A DNA stretch of 63,876 bases, the filler included, from Caldilineae bacterium (lineage in GTDB: Bacteria; Chloroflexota; Anaerolineae; DTLA01), in NCBI GenBank assembly GCA_037446815.1. It is 9 parts of 9 records of this genome, joined end to end, with 100 filler letters (N's around TTAATTAATTAA, not from the genome) between each part and the next. Parts side by side here need not be neighbours in the genome. Positions count along the whole stretch, not along the records: positions 21,589 to 28,634 come from JBBIHX010000152.1; positions 28,735 to 35,744 come from JBBIHX010000153.1; positions 35,845 to 42,853 come from JBBIHX010000154.1; 6 more parts are not named here. One strand, 5' to 3'. Position numbers and translations under genes: made by a program. Positions 28,122-35,888 of the stretch are shown one piece after another. Below the pieces are notes generated by a model. That model was not told the origin of the DNA. It saw nothing but the letters and a program-made list of their open reading frames with translations, and searched no databases. The first letter of the stretch is position 1. Every line of letters begins with the position of its first letter.

Positions 28122-28634
28122 ATGGCAAAGAAGACGATACTGGGGGGTTCTCTGGGAGAATGTGTCCATGTGGCCGGCGTGCTCAACTTCCTGCGCATCG
28201 CCGAGGAGCAGGGCTACAAGACTGAGTTCACCGGCCCGGCCACATCCATCGCCGAGTTCGTGGCGGCGGCCCAGGAGGTGGATCCGGACATCCTGGCCAT
28301 CAGTTACCGGCTCACGCCCGAGAACGCGCGCATCCTGCTCCGCGACCTGTGGCAGGCCTGCGAGGAGGCCGGGCTGACGCACAAGCGCTTTGTGTTCGGT
28401 GGAACCCCGCCGGTGGCCGCCGTCGCCCGCGAGGCCGGGTATTTTGAGGCCGTGTTCAGCGGCGAGCAACCGGTGGAGGCCGTCATCGCCTACCTGCGCG
28501 GCCAGCGGTTTGAGGAGATGACCGCGGCCGACTTTCCGGATGAGACCATGGCCCGCATCCGCTGGAAGGCGCCGTTCCCCATCATCCGCCATCACTTCGG
28601 CCTTCCGGCGGATACCATTGAGCCGACGGTGGAG
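28122..28634 (+). CDS. Cobalamin-binding protein (partial, runs off the contig)
   Basis: N-terminal B12 Rossmann domain: GECVHVAG (DxHxxG variant), AISYR and FVFGG. Continues into a second domain (PIIRHHFGLP). RBS AGGAGG. Confidence 0.8.
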
Positions 28635-28734
28635 NNNNNNNNNNNNNNNNNNNNNNNNNNNNNNNNNNNNNNNNNNNNTTAATTAATTAANNNNNNNNNN
28701 NNNNNNNNNNNNNNNNNNNNNNNNNNNNNNNNNN
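28635..28734. other. Artificial contig linker
   Basis: N44-TTAATTAATTAA-N44. Confidence 0.98.
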
Positions 28735-29150
28735 GCGGCGAAGCCGCGAAGAATCTCGCAAACCGAGACCCTTCGCTTCGCTCAGGGTGCCAGCACCGGG
28801 CCGCGCCCCGAAGGGCCCCACCCTCAGCGCGGCGGCTTCAGCCCCGCGCGACCTCACCCCAGCCCTCTCCCAAAGGGCGAGGGCGTATCGCCTTCGGCCC
28901 AGCATGACAACAGCATTGGGGAGACAACGTGCGACGCACCTCGGAGGTGCGTCGCACGTGAACACCCTCACCCCAACTCCCGCTGAGGCGGGCGAGAGAG
29001 CGTGCCCCTCACCCCAGCCCCCTTGGAGCCAGTTCCATCTTGTGTCGGTGAACCGCATATACACTCTCTGCGTGTGTCATTGCGAGCGAAGCGAAGCCAT
29101 CTCACGCCTCGGAGATTGCTTCGGGCGCTCCGCGCCCTCGCAATGACAGT
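28735..29150. repeat. Large intergenic repeat mosaic
   Basis: At least five module types: GAAGAATCT, GCGCGGCGGCTTCAGCCCCGCGC, CCCTCACCCC, the GTGCGACGC palindrome and GTCATTGCGAG. Confidence 0.85.
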
Positions 29151-29244
29151 ACCAGCAGACTCTAGAACCGAATCGCCCGTCGCGGTGTTTGAAAGACCGA
29201 GGTTGCCCATGCTATAATGCCATCAGCCGAGCGGGAGGGAGCGC

Positions 29245-30165
29245 ATGAACGAGCAGAAAGCCTTTGTCATCGTGAACCCCACAGCCGCCAACGGGCGGGT
29301 GGCGGCGCAATGGCCCACCGTGCGGGAGCACCTGGCCAGCCTGGGCCTGGCCTTTGATTCCCGCCTCACCGAGCGGCCGCTGCACGCCACCGAGATCGCG
29401 CGCGAAGCGGCCAGCGCCGGGTACAGCCCCATCGTGGCCTATGGCGGCGACGGCACGCTTATGGAGGTGGTGAACGGCCTGCTAGGGGAGCCGGGCCTGC
29501 CCTCCACAGCGCCGCTGGGCATTATCCCTGGCGGCACCGGCTCCGACTTCGTGCGGACGCTGGGCATCCCCCACGATTACCGTCAGGCCTGCGCCAAACT
29601 AGTGGGCGGCACAGAGCGCCTGGTGGATGTGGGCCTGGCCGTCTTTCGCGGCTTTGACGGCAGCGAGCGGCAGATGTACTTCGCCAACGTGGCGGGCCTC
29701 GGCTTTGACGGCGAGGTGGTGGAGCGCGTGCAGCGGAGTTCCAAAGCCCTGGGCGGCACGCTGACCTACCTCACCAATCTACTCTTGACGCTGGTCTACT
29801 ACCGGAACAAGCATGTGGCCCTGCGCTTTGACGGTCAGGCGCAGGACCGGCGGATGAACTCGGTCGTGGTGTGCAACGGCCGCTACTTTGGCGGCGCTAT
29901 GTACATCGCGCCGCCAGCCGACGTGCAGGACGGCGAGTTTGAACTGGTGATCCTGGGCGATTTCTCCAAGGCCGAATTGGTGGTCAACGTCCCCCGCGTG
30001 TACAAGGGCACCCACCTGACGCACCCCAAGGTGCAAATCCACAAGGCGCGCGAGGTGCACGTGGAGGCCCGGGAGCGCATGCTGGTGCAGGCCGACGGCG
30101 AACTGGTGGGCCAAGCGCCAGCATCCTTCCGCATCGTGCCGCGCGTCCTGCGGGTCATCGCGTAA
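29245..30165 (+). CDS. Diacylglycerol-kinase-like lipid kinase (YegS/DagK/BmrU family)
   Basis: IVNPTA, GGDGTLMEVVNG, PGGTGSDF, NVAGLGFDG, NGRYFGG, QADGE. TGcTATAAT at 29210. Confidence 0.92.
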   Translation: MNEQKAFVIVNPTAANGRVAAQWPTVREHLASLGLAFDSRLTERPLHATEIAREAASAGYSPIVAYGGDGTLMEVVNGLLGEPGLPSTAPLGIIPGGTGSDFVRTLGIPHDYRQACAKLVGGTERLVDVGLAVFRGFDGSERQMYFANVAGLGFDGEVVERVQRSSKALGGTLTYLTNLLLTLVYYRNKHVALRFDGQAQDRRMNSVVVCNGRYFGGAMYIAPPADVQDGEFELVILGDFSKAELVVNVPRVYKGTHLTHPKVQIHKAREVHVEARERMLVQADGELVGQAPASFRIVPRVLRVIA

Positions 30166-30210
30166 CGCTGGGGCAGGCGTGAGAAGCGCGGCAGAGGGAG
30201 GACAACGATT

Positions 30211-30525
30211 GTGAAACAGGCGTGGAAGGGATTGTTGGGGTGGCGGTGGCCCATCCTGGGCGTCGTTGCAGGCGCGCTGCTCGCCAGCGTCCTGCGCTCG
30301 TTCGGCGTCGGCATCACGGTGGAGGAGGGCATCTTGTGGGGCGCGGTCGCGGGCCTCGTGGTGATGTACACGCCCTACTTCCTGCGCTCGGGCAAGATGG
30401 TTACCAAGCGTGAGAACAGAGTGGTCAACTTCGTCGTCGGCGTGTTCGTGTTCCTGGGCATCTCCGCCGTCATCATCACCATCTTCCTGGGCATCTTCTG
30501 GGTCCTGTCGCTGTTCATCCGATGA
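30211..30525 (+). CDS. Hypothetical membrane protein (3 TM)
   Basis: Hydrophobic 104-aa ORF, GTG start after GGAGG, ATGA overlap with the next gene. Confidence 0.7.
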   Translation: MKQAWKGLLGWRWPILGVVAGALLASVLRSFGVGITVEEGILWGAVAGLVVMYTPYFLRSGKMVTKRENRVVNFVVGVFVFLGISAVIITIFLGIFWVLSLFIR

Positions 30526-31868
30526 ACCCCGCGCGGAGGCGTATGCGAGCACAAATGCTCCTATCCGGTGAACGGCCCGACGCCCACAGAGAAGCGATCG
30601 AGGAGGCGGGTAGCCGCCTGCCCGCGTCGGGCGAGGATCGCGCCCGCGCCTATGGCATGGTGGCCACGCCGCCCGAAATCGTGGAGTTCATGGTGCGCCT
30701 GTGCGAGCCCCTCCCCGCGGGGCCACTGGCAGTGCTGGAGCCGGCCTGTGGCGACGCCCCCTTTCTGCGCGCCTTTGCCGCGCGGTACGGGAGGCGCCAC
30801 GACCTCACAGGCGTGGACATCCACGCGGCAGAGACGCGCCTGGCGCAAGCCCAGATGCCCACAGCGCGCTTCCTGGATACCGACTACCTCCTTTGGGAAA
30901 CCGAGCAGCGGTTTGACATCATCATCGGCAACCCGCCCTATGGCATCATCGGCGACGAATCGCATTACCCGATTCACGCCCTTCGCGCACGCAAGGCCGT
31001 GTACAAGCGCCGCTTTGCCACCTGGTTCGGCAAGTACAACGTGTACGGGGCGTTCATCGAGCAATCCATTCGCCTTCTGAAGCCCGAAGGCAAGGCCGTG
31101 CTCGTGGTTCCCGCCACATGGCTTGTTCTAGACGATTTCGCGAGACTCCGCGCGTTCCTGGCGCACTCGGGCAAGGTAGCGGTCTACTACCTGGGCAAGG
31201 CATTCCCCAAGCGAAACGTGAGCGCCGTGGTCCTCGTGCTGACGAGAGGCGAACGGGGGCTGGAACTCTACGACGGCATGGAACGCGCCGTGGGCAAGCC
31301 GGAGTATCACGGCGAGATCATCCGATTCGAGACGCCCGACGCGCTGGCGTTTGAGCGCGGAGGCATCCCGCTCGGCGAGTGTTTTCGCGTTCACTTCGCG
31401 GCGCGAAGCCCAGAGATTCGGAAACACCCTTCGGTCGTTACCGAGCCCCGCGAGGGCTGCGTCCCTATCCTGACGGGTCGCAACCTGCAGCGTGGGCGGA
31501 TTGACTACGAGACGTGCTACTCGGGGCTGTGGATGCCGCGAGAAGATGCGCCGCAACTCCGGGCCTTCTACGCTTCGCCCCACATCGTCGTTGCCCATAC
31601 CAAAGGAACGCGCGTCGTCGCCGCTGTGGACCGACGTTGCTATCCCTGGCGTGAGGAGTTCCACCTGGTGCCGACGGTCGCCATCGCAGATTTGGATGCC
31701 GTCGTCGCACACCTGAATAGCGAGAGGATGCAACAGCACACACATAGCCTCTACCGAGACTTCGTGCCCCACCTCACCGCCACCATGTTGCGGCTGCTTC
31801 CGATACCGCAGGAGTTGATCTCTCTTCCCGTTGGTGCACAACTGGCTCTGTGGAGGGATAGCGCATGA
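30522..31868 (+). CDS. N6-adenine DNA methyltransferase, M.TaqI-like (predicted TCGA)
   Basis: TPPEIV.FMV, LEPACG, GNPPY, GKYN.YGAF, PATWLVL, FAARSPE, VAHTKGTRVVAA, PWREEFHL and LYRDFVPHLT match M.TaqI motifs as recalled, including the target-recognition domain. Confidence 0.92.
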   Translation: MNPARRRMRAQMLLSGERPDAHREAIEEAGSRLPASGEDRARAYGMVATPPEIVEFMVRLCEPLPAGPLAVLEPACGDAPFLRAFAARYGRRHDLTGVDIHAAETRLAQAQMPTARFLDTDYLLWETEQRFDIIIGNPPYGIIGDESHYPIHALRARKAVYKRRFATWFGKYNVYGAFIEQSIRLLKPEGKAVLVVPATWLVLDDFARLRAFLAHSGKVAVYYLGKAFPKRNVSAVVLVLTRGERGLELYDGMERAVGKPEYHGEIIRFETPDALAFERGGIPLGECFRVHFAARSPEIRKHPSVVTEPREGCVPILTGRNLQRGRIDYETCYSGLWMPREDAPQLRAFYASPHIVVAHTKGTRVVAAVDRRCYPWREEFHLVPTVAIADLDAVVAHLNSERMQQHTHSLYRDFVPHLTATMLRLLPIPQELISLPVGAQLALWRDSA

Positions 31869-32066
31869 ACGAAAGTACATTGCAGCGGTTCGAGGAGTTT
31901 CTCGCTTCCATCCCGCTGGAGAAGTACCGCGAGGAATTGCTCACGGTGAAGACCGTGGAGACTGGTGGAGCGCGCAATCGTGGAGTGGATGCAGGCAGGA
32001 CGCCACGGCACCGTCGCTTGGGACGCCTTGCTGGGCCAGATTCGCGCCTGGGCGTCGGCTCGGTAA
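31865..32066 (+). pseudogene. TaqI-like restriction endonuclease remnant with an internal deletion and frameshift
   Basis: The first 32 codons (LQRFEEFLASIPLEKYREELLTVKTVE) match the R.TaqI N-terminus. A +1 frame from 31962 gives LVERAIVEW...GTVAWDALL, resembling the TaqI C-terminus, with a stop at 32064-32066. Confidence 0.75.
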
Positions 32067-32106
32067 GCCACGGGCCGATCCTGTGCCCGCTCCATCGCGC
32101 CCGCGC

Positions 32107-33759
32107 CTACGCCCCGAACACGTCCCGCTTCTCCTGCTCGCGCGCCTCGTCGGACAGGGTCTCGTTGCCGCGGGCAACCTCGGCCCAGAAGGTCGCGTCG
32201 TAGTTGCGCGGGCGCACCTGAATCGGCATCGGCACGGCGTGCCCCACCACCAGCACCTCCTGGCGGAGTTTCAGGCTGGCCAGCGCATTGCGCAGGGCGC
32301 TGCGGTCGCTCACGCCCGTCAGCACCGCGTCAATGTCCCGCTCGTCGGCCAACTTGCCCGAGATGCGCGTGCCCAGTTGCGACAGCACCTCCGAGTCTAT
32401 CCCCGACGGGCGCTGATCTATCACCATCAACGTTACGTGGAACTTGCGCATCTCGCGAGCAATGGTGCCGAAGGTCGTCTGCGAGGCCATGGCCGGATTC
32501 AGGAACTTGTGCGCCTCTTCCAGCGTAATCAGCAGGGGCCGAGGGCGATCTTCGGACTTCTGCGACTGGTCCCACTTCTCCGTCTGCTCCACCCACCGCT
32601 GGCGCACCCGCCGCGTTACCAGGTTGGACACCAGCATGTAATCCATCATGGTGTTGTACTTGCCAAAGTGCAGGATGACGTGCTGGCCCCGCTCAAGGGT
32701 CAGGGTAATCTCATCCAGCAGGTTGGACCCCATCTCGGGGCGCACGTATTCCTTCCGCGACAGTTTCTTCAAATCGCGTTGGAGCGCCTGCACCGAGCCT
32801 TCGTGCGCGCCCGAGCGCTCGCAGAACGCGCTGAGAGCGTCGGAATCCATCTCTATCAGGGCGGAAAGCCATCTGTCGTGGTATTCGTCCACCAACAGGC
32901 CCATCATCGTGCTCGCCTTGGCCGTCAGCCCCAGTTCTTGCGCCATGAGGATGACATCCTCGGGCTCAATCTGATTCATCCCGATTTGTAGGACGCCGTC
33001 GGCGGCGCGACCGGGCTTGTTGGCGTCGGACGGATCCAGGGTGTACACCCGCACCTTTGACCCGAACAGGTGCTTCAGCCCCTTCACATGCACCTTGGCC
33101 TCGCTCTCCTTGCCGTAGGCGTACTCGCCGTGCACGTCAAAGATGAGGGTTGAGCCAATGTCGTGCCGGATGATGCCCGCCAGGAGCAGGAAAGCCGTGA
33201 AACTCTTGCCCGTGCCGGTCTGGCCGAAGATGCCGCTGGACCGCTCCATGAACTGTGCCAGGTTCAGGCAAATCGGCAGGTCCATGGTCAGGGGCTGGCC
33301 GAAGACGAAGTGATTCGGCCTGTCCGGCGAGCCGAAGACGGTGAGGAAGTCAATCTCCGTCGCCTCCACAAGTTCGGCGTAGTGCATAGGGATCGTTCGG
33401 ACGGACATGACGCCGCGCGCCTCTGCCGTCTCCCCCGTCAACTGGCGCGAGGGGTCCGCCACGTCCACGTTGGCCATCATGAGCATCGGCTTGACCACGG
33501 CCATGGCGTAGGTCGCCGAGCCGCTGAGGACCCGCGCGACGAACGGCGTGAAGCCCTGCGGCGGCTTGGCGATGAGGCGCGCGTCCGACGTGCGCAACTG
33601 CAAGTCGGACAACATGCAGAAGTAGGTGTACTCGCGCCCCTGCACCACCATGAAACTGCCGATTTGCAGGTCCTCGGTGCTGCGCCCTGGGTCCAACCGC
33701 ACGGTAAGCCCCGCCGTGAATGAGCCATCCACTACAACGCCAAGACGTTTCCTCTCCAT
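32107..33759 (-). CDS. herA: HerA/FtsK-family ATPase (DUF87) with N-terminal HAS barrel
   Basis: Walker A GQTGTGKS, FDVHGEY, Walker B LEEAHKF, IAREMRK, DQRPS. ATG 33759 follows GGAGG. Confidence 0.88.
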   Translation of the reverse strand: MERKRLGVVVDGSFTAGLTVRLDPGRSTEDLQIGSFMVVQGREYTYFCMLSDLQLRTSDARLIAKPPQGFTPFVARVLSGSATYAMAVVKPMLMMANVDVADPSRQLTGETAEARGVMSVRTIPMHYAELVEATEIDFLTVFGSPDRPNHFVFGQPLTMDLPICLNLAQFMERSSGIFGQTGTGKSFTAFLLLAGIIRHDIGSTLIFDVHGEYAYGKESEAKVHVKGLKHLFGSKVRVYTLDPSDANKPGRAADGVLQIGMNQIEPEDVILMAQELGLTAKASTMMGLLVDEYHDRWLSALIEMDSDALSAFCERSGAHEGSVQALQRDLKKLSRKEYVRPEMGSNLLDEITLTLERGQHVILHFGKYNTMMDYMLVSNLVTRRVRQRWVEQTEKWDQSQKSEDRPRPLLITLEEAHKFLNPAMASQTTFGTIAREMRKFHVTLMVIDQRPSGIDSEVLSQLGTRISGKLADERDIDAVLTGVSDRSALRNALASLKLRQEVLVVGHAVPMPIQVRPRNYDATFWAEVARGNETLSDEAREQEKRDVFGA

Positions 33760-33796
33760 ATCCTGCCTCCGAGTTACGCGCCCACAAGCGCACCGC

Positions 33797-34393
33797 TTAT
33801 GCTTCCGGATCCACGGCGTACAGCACGGCCAGCAGCCTCTCCACGTCCTGCTGGAGCAGCCCTGCCACTTCCAGCGCGGCCTGTTCCAGCCACGCCTCAT
33901 CGCGCCCGCGCTGCTCATACGCCCAGGCCAGGTGAGCGGCGAGGACATGCTCCACCGGCACAGGCACCTGGGCCGTGGCCAGCGTGCGCAGGTACAGCCG
34001 CCGCTCCGAGAACTCCCTCACCTCATCCGGCCCGCACGCATACACCGAGTAGTGCATGGGGGGCGGCTGGGACGGAATCCGCTGACTCACCCGACCGTCC
34101 GCCAGCGACCCCACGGGAATCACAGTGAACTTGGTGTGGAGCAGGTGCTCCAATTCGGGGTGGCGGGCATACACCGCGTCGTCGTAGGCGTCGGGTCGGC
34201 TGCGGCGCACGGCCCCGCGCCCCGGGTCCACCGACACCGTCTCGCCGAAGGCCACGACGCCGTAAATCCACGTGTCGCGCCCCCCTTGCGCCTTCACCAG
34301 GCTGCCGAGCGCCGGCGGGCGGTTCAGGACGAAACTCTCGGCCACGAACGTGAACGAGTCGGTCTCAATGATCTCGCCGATTCTCTCGGTCAT
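33797..34393 (-). CDS. Stand-alone HAS-barrel domain protein
   Basis: IGEIIET....FVAE....PPALGSLVK...IYGVV...P.QPP.MH..V pattern; sits between nurA and herA. Confidence 0.75.
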   Translation of the reverse strand: MTERIGEIIETDSFTFVAESFVLNRPPALGSLVKAQGGRDTWIYGVVAFGETVSVDPGRGAVRRSRPDAYDDAVYARHPELEHLLHTKFTVIPVGSLADGRVSQRIPSQPPPMHYSVYACGPDEVREFSERRLYLRTLATAQVPVPVEHVLAAHLAWAYEQRGRDEAWLEQAALEVAGLLQQDVERLLAVLYAVDPEA

Positions 34394-35550
34394 ACGCCCC
34401 TCCTCCTCTTGCTGCGGTCCTTGCCCGAGCGAACGTAGGGCAGGCCCCGGCGGGCAAATTCCTTCTCTACAAGTTCCTCCACCACGGCGCGCGTGGTTAC
34501 GTCAATCACGGCGGCCTCGTGCGCCTCCATGAGCGCCAGCGGGTAGGGAGGCGCATCGTGGCTGAGGGCGCACTGGTCCAACACGACGCCCAGCGCCAGG
34601 TTCAGCGCGTCCCTATCGTCGGCCAGCCAACCCGGCATCTCCACGCGGGCGATCTCGCCGCCCACCTCCAGATAGCAGAAGAGAATGCCGTGGCCCTCGT
34701 AGTCCCGGACGATGTCCGAGACCGTGGCGAAGAGGTCAGTCCGCTCCCGCGCCCCCAAGTAGCCCTGGAGCAGTTCTCGGTCCCGCAAGTCGCCCAAGAA
34801 CTTGCACAGTTCCCGCTGGTCATTCTTGCAGGTGTCGCATTCCTCCTTCGGGTTCGTGTCGCACAGGGCGACGCGCAGCGCGTTGCACAGGTCGCGCGCG
34901 TTGGGGTAACTGATATAACTGACAAGCGGGATGGCCTCCATCTTGAAGCCTTGCAGCGCGTGCCAGAACGGCCTGGTGAAGTGCCTGCGGATGGCCTCGG
35001 GCTGGCTCTGGATGCTCCACAGGATGAGCGTGCCATCGTGCAGGGCCACGCGAGGCGCGGGCAACGACGCCGCGGTCTCCAGCAGCACCTCCAACTCGCG
35101 GACGGCCATCTTCGCGCCCAACAGGTCGCCGCGCAGCGGCTGCTCCTCCACCTCCAGTTGCTCCTTCGTGTAGAGCATCTCGGTTACGGCATCCAGCGCC
35201 GCCGACGGGCGCTCGCCGTAGGTCAACGCCACTTTGCCGATATTGAGGACACAGTAGCGAACGGGGCTGTGCCGATCCGGGGGGATGTTGGAGCCGTCGC
35301 TGGCCGCCACCGAGTAGCCGTCCACGTCCAGCGCGGGGATCGGGAACGTGTCCCCGAGCGAGGACAGCGGATTAGCCACGAGCCAGGGGTAGCGTTGCTC
35401 GCGGATTGCCAGGTTCCTGCGCACCTTGTCGGGGTCGGCGCGTCGGAGCAGGTTCCGCGCCTCGCGCAGGAGGCGCATCCGCTTCTCCGGGTCCTGCAGG
35501 CTCACCAAGGCCTGTATGTGCGGGTGAATCGCCGAAAGGTCCAGCGGCAT
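34390..35550 (-). CDS. nurA: NurA-family nuclease
   Basis: ASDGS, HDGTL, SYISYP, EIARVE.P.W, YP.AL.EAHE.AVI, basic C-terminus. Confidence 0.88.
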   Translation of the reverse strand: MPLDLSAIHPHIQALVSLQDPEKRMRLLREARNLLRRADPDKVRRNLAIREQRYPWLVANPLSSLGDTFPIPALDVDGYSVAASDGSNIPPDRHSPVRYCVLNIGKVALTYGERPSAALDAVTEMLYTKEQLEVEEQPLRGDLLGAKMAVRELEVLLETAASLPAPRVALHDGTLILWSIQSQPEAIRRHFTRPFWHALQGFKMEAIPLVSYISYPNARDLCNALRVALCDTNPKEECDTCKNDQRELCKFLGDLRDRELLQGYLGARERTDLFATVSDIVRDYEGHGILFCYLEVGGEIARVEMPGWLADDRDALNLALGVVLDQCALSHDAPPYPLALMEAHEAAVIDVTTRAVVEELVEKEFARRGLPYVRSGKDRSKRRRGV

Positions 35551-35629
35551 GTCCCCTGCCTCCGTTCGCACATTTGGTCTAATGATAGCAGGGTTGCCGA
35601 TTTTTCGCAAATGCGCCCGCTTGCCGAGT

Positions 35630-35744
35630 CGGTTTCATCTCGTGTTGGTCTGCTCCGCATGCCGCGTCCCCGCTCTGTCATGCTGAGCCGAAGGCGGTAC
35701 GCCCTCGCCCTTCGGGAGAGGGCCGGGGTGAGGGGCGAGATTCT
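35630..35744. repeat. Repeat modules at contig end
   Basis: GGTTTCATCTCGTGTTGG plus the TIR element, truncated by the linker. Confidence 0.8.
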
Positions 35745-35844
35745 NNNNNNNNNNNNNNNNNNNNNNNNNNNNNNNNNNNNNNNNNNNNTTAATTAATTAA
35801 NNNNNNNNNNNNNNNNNNNNNNNNNNNNNNNNNNNNNNNNNNNN
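35745..35844. other. Artificial contig linker
   Basis: N44-TTAATTAATTAA-N44. Confidence 0.98.
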
Positions 35845-35888
35845 GAATGACAGTCCATGGTGTCATCCTGAGCCGAAGGCGCAGCGGC

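Noticed and set aside
8992..28634. Linking the KamA cluster with the B12/opine cluster or the malic enzyme as one pathway locus
   Set aside because: They lie on different contigs ordered by length, so proximity is artificial.
28687..29217. Short ORFs in the repeat clusters (also 21255-21998, 58758-59524)
   Set aside because: They are translations of repeat modules, with no RBS or independent homology evident.
31865..32203. 112-aa ORF as an intact protein
   Set aside because: Only the first 32 residues are TaqI-like; the rest is out-of-frame read-through overlapping herA.
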